A stretch of DNA of 41,015 nucleotides, from assembly GCA_033549025.1 (NCBI GenBank), contig JAWSUS010000027.1, positions 1 through 41,015 of the forward strand. The letters run 5' to 3'. This DNA comes from Desulfuromonadales bacterium. GTDB taxonomy: Bacteria; Desulfobacterota; Desulfuromonadia; Desulfuromonadales; SZUA-540. The notes below the pieces were generated by a model. The model was not told where the DNA came from. It made no database searches and saw only the letters and a list, made by a program, of their open reading frames with translations. Every line of letters starts with the position of its first letter. Positions within the stretch are counted from its first letter, which is position 1. The position numbers were made by a program, and so were the translations under genes. Positions 8,084 to 17,255 of the stretch are shown piece after piece.

Positions 8084-9244
8084 TTAGGCGGCCAGGCCCC
8101 GCAGAATTTCACGGGAAATAATCAGCCGCTGGATTTCGCTGGTACCCTCGTAGATCGTCGTGATGCGGGCGTCGCGGGCGTAGCGTTCGATGGGATAGTC
8201 CTTCGTGTAGCCGTAGCCCCCCAGCATCTGCATGGCCTGATAGCAGGCCCGGTTAGCCGCTTCGGTGGCAAAGAGCTTGGCCATGGAGGCTTCCTTGGCG
8301 AAGGACCGGCCCTGCTCCTTGCGGCAGGCCGCGTTCATCAGCAGCAGACGGGCCGCCTCCAGCTCGGTGTAGGCATCGGCGATCATCCACTGAATCGCCT
8401 GGAAGTTGCTGATTTTCTGGCCGAACTGCACCCTCTCCGTCCCATAGCGCGCAGCATGGTCCATGGCCGCCAGACCGACGCCGAGGCCGAGGGAGCCGAT
8501 GCCGATGCGGCCGCCGGCCAGTTCAGCCACAGCGATGCGGAAGCCGTCGTTCTCTTTGCCCATCAGGGCCGAAGCGGGTATCCGGCAGTCCTGAAAGATC
8601 AGTTCGTTGGTCGCCGAGGCATGCTGGCCCATCTTCTCCTCTTCCTTGCCGATGACAAGGCCCGGGGTGCCGGCCTCCACCAGGAAGCAGCTGATGCCTT
8701 TGCCCTTGGGCGCTTCTTTGTCGGTAACCGCCCAGACCACGAAGACCCCGGCATATGGGGCGCTGGTGATGAAGATTTTGGAGCCATTGAGCACGTAATG
8801 GTCGCAGTCCCGCACGGCCTGGGTCATCATGCCGGACGGATCGGAGCCGGCGCAGGTCTCGGTCAGGCCGAAGCTGCCGGCGGCATATTCACCAGAGCAG
8901 ATTTTCGGAATGTAGTTCTGCTTCTGCTCTTCGGAACCGATGGCCTGGATGACCTCGCAGACCATGTTATTCACCGAAACCGTCACCGCCGTCGAAGCGC
9001 AGGCGCGGGCGATCTCCGTCATGGCGACGCTGAAGGCCACCACGCCGGCCTCCGAGCCACCGTATTCCTCTTTGATATTCAGGCCCATAAAGCCGAGTTC
9101 GGCCAGCTGTTTGAGGTTGCCCAGCAAGGTTTCGCGGTCCTTGTCCTGGTCGAGCTTGGCAGCCACGGGCTCCAATTGGTTGCGGGCAAAATCCCGGGCC
9201 GTATCCTGGATCAGCTTCTGCTCTTCGGTCAGTTCGATGTTCAT
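8084..9244 (-). CDS. short/branched-chain acyl-CoA dehydrogenase (butyryl-CoA dehydrogenase-like)
   Basis: FGLTETCAGSD, LNGSKIFIT, GRIGIG, ERVQFG, QMLGGYGY and RDARITTIYEGTSEIQR motifs. Confidence 0.95.
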   Translation of the reverse strand: MNIELTEEQKLIQDTARDFARNQLEPVAAKLDQDKDRETLLGNLKQLAELGFMGLNIKEEYGGSEAGVVAFSVAMTEIARACASTAVTVSVNNMVCEVIQAIGSEEQKQNYIPKICSGEYAAGSFGLTETCAGSDPSGMMTQAVRDCDHYVLNGSKIFITSAPYAGVFVVWAVTDKEAPKGKGISCFLVEAGTPGLVIGKEEEKMGQHASATNELIFQDCRIPASALMGKENDGFRIAVAELAGGRIGIGSLGLGVGLAAMDHAARYGTERVQFGQKISNFQAIQWMIADAYTELEAARLLLMNAACRKEQGRSFAKEASMAKLFATEAANRACYQAMQMLGGYGYTKDYPIERYARDARITTIYEGTSEIQRLIISREILRGLAA

Positions 9245-9359
9245 GTGCCCTCCCCCCTCACTGCAGTTGACTCAAACGATAATTCACTTTAAGTTTGACG
9301 GCTATCTATCTTTTTAAACGTGTTTTTTTGATGTTTTCTCTAGCGCTTTATAGCTACGG

Positions 9360-10103
9360 TTAGCTGGCCGGCCAGGTTCTGGGCTTCGGCGTCTGATGCC
9401 TTTTTTTCAGCGTGCGCCCCCAGGGACAGACCTTGATGCAGAGGCCGCAGATCGGCTTGCCGATGTTCTCCATCGGACTGAACTCCTTGACCAGCTTGTC
9501 GGCGCACTTCTGAAAATCGAGAGCCTCCTCGCGGCTGGCGTAGTGGAAATCCGTGGAGACGTTGCGAATGGCCCCGGCCACGCAGGCCTCGGTGCAGCAG
9601 GTACAGGAGCCGCAGCGATTTTTCAGGGGCTTATCGGCGATCAAGGGCAGGTCCGTCAGCACGGTCACCAGGCGCACGCGTGGGCCGTATTCGGGCGTAA
9701 CGATGAGCAGGCTCTTGCCCTGCCAGCCCAGACCGGCGGCGTTGGCCACGGCCTTGGCGGAAAGGTGGGAGCGGAATTCGGTCATGTCGAGAGGCTGTGA
9801 AGCCGGAATGGGCAGCGCCTTATGTCCCAATCCCTCGATATGGGTGCACAGCCCCAGCGCGATCTGATCCAGTCGGGCGTTGGCGTTGAGGTAGACCTGG
9901 GCGTAGAGCGGCGTCGGCCGGTCGGTGAGCTGTTCGAAGACGGCATTGGGCAGTTTGACCGCCAGGGAAATGGCGTAGCGGTAGGGGCTGAGCAGATCGG
10001 CGGGTTCACAGTCGATGCCATCGAGCAGGGTCAGATCGGCGACTCCGACCAGGTCGGCCCCCAAATTTTTCGCCTGTTTTTTAAGATCCTCAGTCAAGTC
10101 CAC
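9360..10103 (-). CDS. QueG/reductive-dehalogenase-like 2x[4Fe-4S] protein (putative cobamide-binding)
   Basis: GTG start at 10103 after AAGGAGG. Motifs LGADLVGVA, KAVANAAGLGWQGKSLLIVTPEYGPRVRLVTVLTD, CGSCTCCTEAC and CGLCIKVCP. Confidence 0.8.
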   Translation of the reverse strand: MDLTEDLKKQAKNLGADLVGVADLTLLDGIDCEPADLLSPYRYAISLAVKLPNAVFEQLTDRPTPLYAQVYLNANARLDQIALGLCTHIEGLGHKALPIPASQPLDMTEFRSHLSAKAVANAAGLGWQGKSLLIVTPEYGPRVRLVTVLTDLPLIADKPLKNRCGSCTCCTEACVAGAIRNVSTDFHYASREEALDFQKCADKLVKEFSPMENIGKPICGLCIKVCPWGRTLKKRHQTPKPRTWPAS

Positions 10104-10135
10104 CGTGCAACCTCCTTTTACCACGCGAGCTTTCG

Positions 10136-10660
10136 CTATTTTTCGATACCGAGGCGGGCCTCCACCCCTTGCTGGTAGTAGTGCTTGATCTCGGTCATTT
10201 CGGTGACCAGATCCGCCGCCTCGATGACGCGGGGGTCGGCGCTGCGGCCCGTCAGCAGCAGCTCGACGCTAGCGGGTCGCGCCGCCATCAGGTCGAGAAT
10301 GTCCTCCACCGACAGCAGACCGAACCAGACGGCGCCGTTGATCTCGTCGAGGATGACCAGGTCGTAGTCGCCACTCGTGAGGGCCTGCCGCGCCAGCGCC
10401 AGCGCCTCCCGCGCAATGCGGATATCCTCGGGGTCGAGCTTGTCCTTGAAGATCCAGTTATCGCGTCCCGTCTGGTGAATGGTCAGCAGGGGAGCCAGGC
10501 GGCGCGCGGCTTCATGTTCGCCGTATTCGCCGCCCCCCTTGATGAACTGCACCATGCAGACCTTGAAGCCGCGCCCGACGGCCCGAAGGGCCAGCCCCAG
10601 CGCCGCGGTGGTCTTGCCCTTGCCGTTACCCGTATAAACCTGCACCAGGCCCTGTTCCAT
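10136..10660 (-). CDS. cobO: ATP:cob(I)alamin adenosyltransferase, CobA/CobO/BtuR type
   Basis: VYTGNGKGKTTAALGLALRAVG, QFIKG, LVILDEI, LTGR and ADLVTEMTEIKHYYQQGVEARLGIE motifs. Confidence 0.95.
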   Translation of the reverse strand: MEQGLVQVYTGNGKGKTTAALGLALRAVGRGFKVCMVQFIKGGGEYGEHEAARRLAPLLTIHQTGRDNWIFKDKLDPEDIRIAREALALARQALTSGDYDLVILDEINGAVWFGLLSVEDILDLMAARPASVELLLTGRSADPRVIEAADLVTEMTEIKHYYQQGVEARLGIEK

Positions 10661-10669
10661 GGCCGCCGC

Positions 10670-11584
10670 CTATTTCTGCAACGCCGCCGTGAGCACCGGC
10701 GCGAACTGCAGGACGTCGGCAACCACCAGCACGTCGGCCACCTCGCCGATGGGAGCGTCCTTGTCCTTGTTGATAGCGACAACGAAGTCCGACTTCTTCA
10801 TACCGGCCAGATGCTGGATGGCGCCCGAGATGCCGCAGGCCACGTAGAGCTTGGGTGAGACGGTCTGCCCCGTGGTGCCGACCTGGCGACTGTGATCGAC
10901 CCAGCCGGCGTCCACCACCGGACGGCTGGCGCCCAGCTCGCCACCAAACGCCTTGGCCAGCGCTTCAATGACGGCGACGTTGTCCTTCTTGCCGATGCCG
11001 CGCCCGGCGCTGACGATGATTTCGGCCCGGGCCAGATCGACGGCTTTGGCCTCGGCCGGTTCATACCCCCCAAAGGTCAGTCCCTGCCCGTCAGCTGCTA
11101 CCTCAACCCGTTCGACCTGGGGCGTCCCCTGCGGCGCCGCCGCAGCAAAGGCCCCGGCCTGCACCGTCAGGACGGCCCTGCCCGCGGCCGGCTTGACCTG
11201 CCGGCGCATCTTGGCGTTGCAGCAGCCGACCTCGAAGCCGCCGTCGACCAGGGCGACGATCTCCGTCACCTGACCCGCCTTCAAGCCCGCGGCCAACCGC
11301 GGCGCCAGATCCCAGCCGTAGGACGAATGACAGAGGACGACGAAATCGGGCTGCTCCTTTTCCACCGCCGCCAGCACCGCCGCCTTGTGGGCGGCCGGGT
11401 TGTACTCGGCCAGCGTCGCCGCATCGGCCAGATAGACGCGGCCGTCGAATTGGGGCACGCTGCCGTCGCTGCCGACCAGCACGGCGACCTTCTCGGCCCC
11501 CAGTTTGTCGGCAAAGGTCATCAGCTCATAACTCGAATCGAGGAGTTTGCCCTCGCGAACTTCACAGACCAGTAATGCTTTCAT
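10670..11584 (-). CDS. etfA: electron transfer flavoprotein alpha subunit
   Basis: IIVSAGRG, GASRPVVDAGW, QVGTTGQTVSPKLYVACGISGAIQHLAGM and AINKDKDAPI motifs. Confidence 0.97.
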   Translation of the reverse strand: MKALLVCEVREGKLLDSSYELMTFADKLGAEKVAVLVGSDGSVPQFDGRVYLADAATLAEYNPAAHKAAVLAAVEKEQPDFVVLCHSSYGWDLAPRLAAGLKAGQVTEIVALVDGGFEVGCCNAKMRRQVKPAAGRAVLTVQAGAFAAAAPQGTPQVERVEVAADGQGLTFGGYEPAEAKAVDLARAEIIVSAGRGIGKKDNVAVIEALAKAFGGELGASRPVVDAGWVDHSRQVGTTGQTVSPKLYVACGISGAIQHLAGMKKSDFVVAINKDKDAPIGEVADVLVVADVLQFAPVLTAALQK

Positions 11585-11609
11585 AGAATCCCCCTCTTGG
11601 TTCCGGCTG

Positions 11610-12386
11610 CTAGCGCAGCACCGCAGTCTTCTCTTTGAGGATGTTCACCAGCTTCAGCGCCGTCTCGCTCGGCTCGCCCTCCAGCACAAGGCCGCCCCCC
11701 TTACGGGCCGGCGCATAAAATGAGGTCGTCGGCGCCAGGGGCTCTTCCTTCAGGAGTTCGGCGACTGGAATGGGCCGGATTTCCTTCTTCTTCGCCTTCA
11801 TGATGTTGGGCAGGGTCGGATAACGGGGGGTGTTCAGGCCGAGCTGGCAGGTCACCAAAGCCGGCAGACGCAGGCTGACCAGCCCCTTGAGTCCCCCTTC
11901 GAGTTCCCGCTTGGCCTGCACGACGCCATCGGCGTAGCTGAATCCCACCAGGGTGGTGGCGCTGGCAAGGCCGAGCAGCTCCGCCACCAGCACCCCGACC
12001 TGGGCCGAGCCCCGGTCCTGCGACTGCATGCCGGTGAAAATGAGGTCGAACCCCTGCCCGCCGGCATAGGCGGCGATGATGGAGGCGATCTGCCAGGGAT
12101 CCTTCTGATGCGCGGCGCTGTCCTGCACATGCACCGCCTTGTCAGCCCCCATGGCCAAGGCCTTCTTGATCGCTTCCACCACCCGGTCGGGGCCGATGGA
12201 GAGGACGGTCAGCTCCGCTTCGCCCCCCAGCTGTTCCTTGAGCTGCACGGCCTGCTCGACGGCATATTCATCGTATTCGTTCAGGCGCCAGGCCAGATCG
12301 TTCTCGTCGAACCAGAGGCCGTCGGAGGCCGGCTTGAAGCGGGACTCCAGATCGGGAACCTGCTTGATGCATACCAGTAATTTCAT
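11610..12386 (-). CDS. etfB: electron transfer flavoprotein beta subunit
   Basis: LVCIKQVPD, NEYDEYAVEQA, ALAMGAD and PRYPTLPNIMKAKKK motifs. Confidence 0.97.
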   Translation of the reverse strand: MKLLVCIKQVPDLESRFKPASDGLWFDENDLAWRLNEYDEYAVEQAVQLKEQLGGEAELTVLSIGPDRVVEAIKKALAMGADKAVHVQDSAAHQKDPWQIASIIAAYAGGQGFDLIFTGMQSQDRGSAQVGVLVAELLGLASATTLVGFSYADGVVQAKRELEGGLKGLVSLRLPALVTCQLGLNTPRYPTLPNIMKAKKKEIRPIPVAELLKEEPLAPTTSFYAPARKGGGLVLEGEPSETALKLVNILKEKTAVLR

Positions 12387-12388
12387 GG

Positions 12389-14368
12389 CTATCCTCCTAT
12401 CCTTTCCACCACAATTTCGGCTAAATCGCGTACCTTGAGTCGGTCTTCACAATCGGAGGTCTTGATGCCGTCTTCGAACATGGTCAGACAGAAGGGGCAG
12501 TTGCTGACCAGTATCGGCGCCTCCGTGGCCGCCGCCTGCCGCACCCTTTCGACATTGATGCGCGACCCCAGCTTTTCTTCGGCCAGGATGCGGCCGCCAC
12601 CGGCACTGCAGCAGAAGCTGTCGAGGCCGGCCTGGGCCATCGCCGTCACCTGCCAGCCCGCCGCCTTGAGCACCTCCCGCGGCTCGCTGACGATATCCTG
12701 GTAGCGTCCCAGGTAGCAGGAGTCGTGGTAGGTGCAGGCCAGCTCCTCCCCCGGGGTCAGAGCCAGACGACCCTCCTGCAAGAGACGGTGGATATAGGTG
12801 CTGTAGTGTTCGACCTCCACCTCCAGACCCAGATCCCGGTAATCGCGGCTCAGGGTGTTGAAACAGTGCGGGCAGGTGGTAACGATGCGCGCCACCCCGC
12901 TCGTCTGAAGGGTCTCGACGTTCTCCTGGGCCAGCATCTGGTAGAGATATTCGTTGCCCAGCTTGCGGGCCGGCTCGCCGCAGCACTTCTCGTCCTTGCC
13001 GAGGATACCGACGCGGACGCCGGCGGCCTGGCAGATGCGCACGAAGTTGCGGGCGACCTCGCGGTTGCGCTGGTCAAAGGAGGCGTAGCAGCCGGCAAAG
13101 TAGAGGATGTCGGCCTCCTCCCCCGCCGTCACCCGAGCCAGGTCGAGCCCCTCGGCCCAGTCGCCGCGCCCGGCAAAGGCCATGCCGAAGGGATTGCCGT
13201 TCACCTCCAGGTTGCTGATGGCCGTGCGCACCTCGTCGCCGGGGAAAGCGCCTTCCATCAGGGTCAGATTGCGGCGCAGCTCGAGGATTTTGTTGACGTG
13301 CTCGTTGTTGGCGGGGCAGATATCCTGACAGGCGCGGCAGGTGGTGCAGGCCCAGATGGCCTCTTCCCCCACCGTGTCGACCAGGGGCGTGCCGGGCGCC
13401 GTCTCGCCGAGCTGCTGGATGAGCTTCATGGGGGAGAGCGGCTTGTCGGTGACATGGGCCGGGCAGCGATCCTGGCAGCGTTTGCAGCTGGTGCAGGCGT
13501 CGGCGTCAAAGAGGTCTTTCCAGGTCAAGTCGGCCAGGGTCGCGGCGCCGAACTGCTCGGCCTCTTCGTCTTCGAGGTTGAGGGTGGCAATGGTTCCCTT
13601 GGCTTCCAGGGGCGCAAAAAAGGCGTTGGCGCTGGTGTAGAGAATGTGCCTCAGCTTGGTGAAGGGGAGCGCCGCGATGAAACCGAGGGCCAGCAGCAGA
13701 TGCAGCCACCAGAAAAAGACGTGCAGGGTAGCCAGGCCCTGGCTCGACAGACCCGCCATGCTCTTGGCCACCAGCAGGCCGACGGGGGAATAGCGGGCCA
13801 GCTCCGGATTCCAGACGAGTTCGGTGGCGGCCAGGCGGGCGCCCTCGATAAAGAACCCGGTGATGAGGATGGCAACGAGCAGGCCGTGAAGCCAGAGGTC
13901 TTCGGGTTTGGTCTCCAGGCCGGCCGGCTTGATGAAGAAGCGCCGGACAAAGAGGCCGGCCAGCATCAAAATGGCCAGGGCGCCGGCCAGATCGAGAACC
14001 AGCGAGAAAATCAGGTAGAAGCCTCCCTGCAGCAGGTTGAACTCGAACAGAGGCGTCAGCAGGTCGGCCTGCAGCATGACCAGCAGGGTGCCGGCAAAGA
14101 GGATCGCAAAGCCCCAGAAGAACAGGGCATGATAGAGGCCGCCCTCGCGGACGCGCGCGACCTTGGTTTGCGCCAGCACCTCGGCGACCATCCGCCCCAG
14201 CCTCTCCTGCGGCCGGTCGAACCGGTTGAGCGCCTTGCCCTGCCGCCAGTGGGCCAGACGTTGCCTGACCCCCCAGGCCAGCAGGCCGAAGGCCGCCAGC
14301 GCCAGCAGATACATGGGCAGCACCACGCCATGGCCGACATTCCAGTAGATTTCACGGGTGGCTTCCAT
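12389..14368 (-). CDS. membrane-bound heterodisulfide-reductase-like Fe-S oxidoreductase (DUF224/NarI-like + 2x[4Fe-4S] + CCG domains), probable ETF:(methyl)menaquinone oxidoreductase
   Basis: N-terminal TM region with His residues. CTSCKRCQDRCP and CTTCRACQDICP ferredoxin motifs. CCG domains (EKCCGEP, TTCPHC, YHDSCYLGR, FCCSAGGG, NCPFC). Immediately upstream of etfBA. Confidence 0.88.
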   Translation of the reverse strand: MEATREIYWNVGHGVVLPMYLLALAAFGLLAWGVRQRLAHWRQGKALNRFDRPQERLGRMVAEVLAQTKVARVREGGLYHALFFWGFAILFAGTLLVMLQADLLTPLFEFNLLQGGFYLIFSLVLDLAGALAILMLAGLFVRRFFIKPAGLETKPEDLWLHGLLVAILITGFFIEGARLAATELVWNPELARYSPVGLLVAKSMAGLSSQGLATLHVFFWWLHLLLALGFIAALPFTKLRHILYTSANAFFAPLEAKGTIATLNLEDEEAEQFGAATLADLTWKDLFDADACTSCKRCQDRCPAHVTDKPLSPMKLIQQLGETAPGTPLVDTVGEEAIWACTTCRACQDICPANNEHVNKILELRRNLTLMEGAFPGDEVRTAISNLEVNGNPFGMAFAGRGDWAEGLDLARVTAGEEADILYFAGCYASFDQRNREVARNFVRICQAAGVRVGILGKDEKCCGEPARKLGNEYLYQMLAQENVETLQTSGVARIVTTCPHCFNTLSRDYRDLGLEVEVEHYSTYIHRLLQEGRLALTPGEELACTYHDSCYLGRYQDIVSEPREVLKAAGWQVTAMAQAGLDSFCCSAGGGRILAEEKLGSRINVERVRQAAATEAPILVSNCPFCLTMFEDGIKTSDCEDRLKVRDLAEIVVERIGG

Positions 14369-14426
14369 CAGCACTCCTTCTTCCTATCCAGCCTTTGCAG
14401 CTGGCGCCAGTGAGATTGACCCGACC

Positions 14427-15566
14427 TTAGCCCAACAGCAGCTTGGAGATGACCACCCGCTGCACCTCGTTGGTCCCCTCGTAGATTTCGGTGATCTTGG
14501 CGTCGCGGTACATGCGCTCCACCTCGTAGTCGCAGATGTAGCCGTAGCCGCCGTGGATCTGGATGGCTTCCTTGGTCACGTAGGTGGCCGTCTCGGACGC
14601 GTGCATCTTACACATGGCCGATTCCATGGTGTAGTTCTTGCCGGCATCCTTGAGACAGGCCGCCTTGTAGGTCAGCAGCTTGCTCGTCTCAATGCGCGTC
14701 TTCATGTCGGCCAGCTTGAACTGGATGGCCTGAAACTCGCAAATCGCCTGACCGAACTGCTTGCGTTCCTTGGAATAGGCCAGGGCCCGCTCGAAGGCGC
14801 CCTCGGCAATCCCCAGGGCCTGGGAGGCGATGCCGATGCGGCCGCCGTTGAGGGTATCCATGGCGACGTTGAACCCCTTGCCTTCCTGCCCCAGCAGGTT
14901 TTCGGCCGGGATGCGGACGTTGTCGAAGGCAAAAGCGGTCGTGTAACTGCCGCGGATGCCCATCTTGTTCTCGTTCTTGAGGATGGAGACCCCCGGTGTT
15001 TCGAGATCGATGATAAAGGCGCTGATCCCCTTGTGCTTGAGGCTGCGGTCATAGGAAGCGAGCAGAACGCCGGTGCCCAGATAGCCGCCGTTGGTGATGA
15101 AGGTCTTGCTGCCGTTGATGACGAATTCATCCCCCTCGCGCCGGTACATGGTGGCGGTGCCGCCGGCGTCGCTGCCGGCGTCTGGCTCGGTCAGCAGGAA
15201 ACAGCCGATCTTTTCGCCCGTGTTGAGGGCCGGCAGCCACTTCTGCTTCTGCTCCTCGGTGCCGAAGGTGTAGATCGGCCCGGAGCAGAGAGAGGTGTGG
15301 GCCGAAATGAGCACGCCGCTGGAACCGCAGGCTTTGGAGACCTCTTCCACCACGATGGCGTAGGAGAGCATGTCCATGTCGGCGCCGCCGTACTCTTCCG
15401 GCAGGTAGCTGCCGAGCAGACCCATCTCGCCCATCTGTTTCACCAGGGCGTCGGGAATGGCGTGATCCTCGTCTATCTTCATGGCCAGCGGCTTGATCTC
15501 CTTGTTGACGAAATCCCGCACACTGTCCTGCAGCACCTTGTGATCCTGTGAAAGTTCAAAATTCAT
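14427..15566 (-). CDS. acyl-CoA dehydrogenase (butyryl-CoA dehydrogenase-like)
   Basis: FLLTEPDAGSD, INGSKTFITNG, GRIGIASQALG, QIHGGYGY and RDAKITEIYEGTNEVQR motifs. Confidence 0.95.
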   Translation of the reverse strand: MNFELSQDHKVLQDSVRDFVNKEIKPLAMKIDEDHAIPDALVKQMGEMGLLGSYLPEEYGGADMDMLSYAIVVEEVSKACGSSGVLISAHTSLCSGPIYTFGTEEQKQKWLPALNTGEKIGCFLLTEPDAGSDAGGTATMYRREGDEFVINGSKTFITNGGYLGTGVLLASYDRSLKHKGISAFIIDLETPGVSILKNENKMGIRGSYTTAFAFDNVRIPAENLLGQEGKGFNVAMDTLNGGRIGIASQALGIAEGAFERALAYSKERKQFGQAICEFQAIQFKLADMKTRIETSKLLTYKAACLKDAGKNYTMESAMCKMHASETATYVTKEAIQIHGGYGYICDYEVERMYRDAKITEIYEGTNEVQRVVISKLLLG

Positions 15567-15596
15567 GACGTCCCTCCCTCACCTCAATAAAATGGC

Positions 15597-16379
15597 TTAC
15601 TTCCCTTTGAAGGCCGATTTGCGCTTTTCGACGAAAGCCCCCATCCCCTCTTTCTGATCCTCCGTGGCGAAGAGCACGCCGAACAGCGAGGCCTCGTAGC
15701 GGAAGCCGTCCTCCTTGCCCATGTTAAGCCCGTTGACGATGGCGTTCTTGGCATAGGCGACGCCGAGGGTGCCGACGGCGGCGATGGCCGCGGCGGTTTC
15801 CATCGCCTTGGCCAGCAGCTCTTCGGGCGCGCAGACCTCGTTGACGATCCCCCAGTCACGGGCCTTGTGGGCCTCGATCATGCGGCCGGTAAAGATGAGC
15901 TCGCTGGCCCGGGCCGCCCCGATGCGGCGGGCCAGGTTCTGGGTGCCGCCGAAACCGGGGATAATGCCGAGGGTGACCTCGGGAAAGCCGAGGCGGGCTT
16001 TTTCCGAGGCATAGATGAAGTCGCAGGCCAGGGCCAGTTCGAGGCCGCCGCCGAGGGCGTAGCCGTTGACGGCGGCGATGACCGGCTTGCGCATCTTTTC
16101 CATCCGCAGCATGACCCGCTGACCCTGAAGGCCGAACTGCTGCCCTTCAAAGGCGTTCATGGCGGCCATTTCCTTGATGTCGGCGCCGGCCACGAAAGCC
16201 TTGTCGCCGGCGCCGGTAAGGACCACCACCTTGACCTCGTCGTCGCCATCAAGGGCGTCGAGAGCCCCCTCCAGCTCGCGCAAGACCCGGCTGTTGAGGG
16301 CGTTGAGGCTCTTGGGGCTGTTGATGGTCAGCCGGGCGATCCCATCCTTCATGTCGATAAGCAGCAGGCTCGTATCCAT
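15597..16379 (-). CDS. crt: enoyl-CoA hydratase (crotonase)
   Basis: Start MDTSLLLI at 16379. AFVAGADI, AAVNGYALGGGLELALACD and PEVTLGIIPGFGGTQ motifs, with both catalytic Glu present. Confidence 0.93.
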   Translation of the reverse strand: MDTSLLLIDMKDGIARLTINSPKSLNALNSRVLRELEGALDALDGDDEVKVVVLTGAGDKAFVAGADIKEMAAMNAFEGQQFGLQGQRVMLRMEKMRKPVIAAVNGYALGGGLELALACDFIYASEKARLGFPEVTLGIIPGFGGTQNLARRIGAARASELIFTGRMIEAHKARDWGIVNEVCAPEELLAKAMETAAAIAAVGTLGVAYAKNAIVNGLNMGKEDGFRYEASLFGVLFATEDQKEGMGAFVEKRKSAFKGK

Positions 16380-16395
16380 AAGGGTCTCCCTCTCT

Positions 16396-17241
16396 TTAGT
16401 AGGTATAGAATCCGCGTCCCGATTTGCGCCCCATGTAGCCGGCGTTGACCATCTTGACCAGGAGCGGACAGGGCCGGTACTTGGGATCCTTGAAGCCGTC
16501 ATAGAGGACGTTGGCGATGGCCAGCACCGTGTCGAGGCCAATGAAGTCGGCCAGGGTGAGGGGCCCCATGGGCTGGTTGGTGCCCAGCTTCATCCCCTTG
16601 TCGATGTCCTCCACCGTGGCGATCCCCTCGTAAAGGGCGAAGACGGCTTCGTTGATCATGGGGATCAGCACCCGATTGACGATGAAGCCGGGGTAGTCCT
16701 GGGAGACGGCCATCTCCTTCTCCAGCTTCTGAACCAGGGCCGCCGTCACCTCGAAGGTCGCGTCGCTGGTGGCGTGGCCGCGAATGACCTCCACCAGCTT
16801 CATCACCGGCACCGGATTCATGAAATGCATGCCGATGACCTTCTCGGGCCGGCCGGTGACGGCCGCGATCTTGGTGATGGGGATGGACGAGGTGTTGGAA
16901 GCGAGAAAGGCTTCGGGCTTGACGATGCCGTCGAGCTTACGGAAGATCTCCAGCTTGAGGGGCTCGTTCTCGGTGACGGCCTCCACGGCGAAATCGACCG
17001 CCGCCAGGTCTTCCATCTTTTGCGTGGTCCGGATGCGGCCAAGGGATTCGGCCACCAGGCTGTCGGCGATGGCGCCTTTTTTCGCCTGGCGCTCCAGGTT
17101 CTGCCGTATGGTGGCCACCGCCTTGTCGAGCTGGGCCTGGGCGATGTCGTACAGCACCACCTCGTATCCGAACTGGGCAAAAACGTGGGCGATGCCGTTG
17201 CCCATCTGTCCCGCCCCCAGTACGCCAACCGTTTTAATCAT
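16396..17241 (-). CDS. hbd: 3-hydroxybutyryl-CoA dehydrogenase
   Basis: GAGQMGNGIA, EAVTEN, ASNTSS, GMHFMNPVP, PGFIVNR and PMGPLTLADFIGLD motifs. Confidence 0.96.
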   Translation of the reverse strand: MIKTVGVLGAGQMGNGIAHVFAQFGYEVVLYDIAQAQLDKAVATIRQNLERQAKKGAIADSLVAESLGRIRTTQKMEDLAAVDFAVEAVTENEPLKLEIFRKLDGIVKPEAFLASNTSSIPITKIAAVTGRPEKVIGMHFMNPVPVMKLVEVIRGHATSDATFEVTAALVQKLEKEMAVSQDYPGFIVNRVLIPMINEAVFALYEGIATVEDIDKGMKLGTNQPMGPLTLADFIGLDTVLAIANVLYDGFKDPKYRPCPLLVKMVNAGYMGRKSGRGFYTY

Positions 17242-17255
17242 GTGCGTGTTCCTCC

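Noticed and set aside
9360..10103. Respiratory reductive dehalogenase or bona fide QueG
   Set aside because: It is short, has no Tat signal or RdhB-like neighbour, and QueG-specific motifs are not evident. Kept only as QueG/RdhA-like.
10670..12386. Electron-bifurcating Etf/Bcd complex
   Set aside because: EtfB has NEYD and DRGSAQVG rather than the NPxD and DGDTxQVGP motifs of bifurcating ETFs, and it is paired with a membrane ETF:quinone oxidoreductase-like gene.
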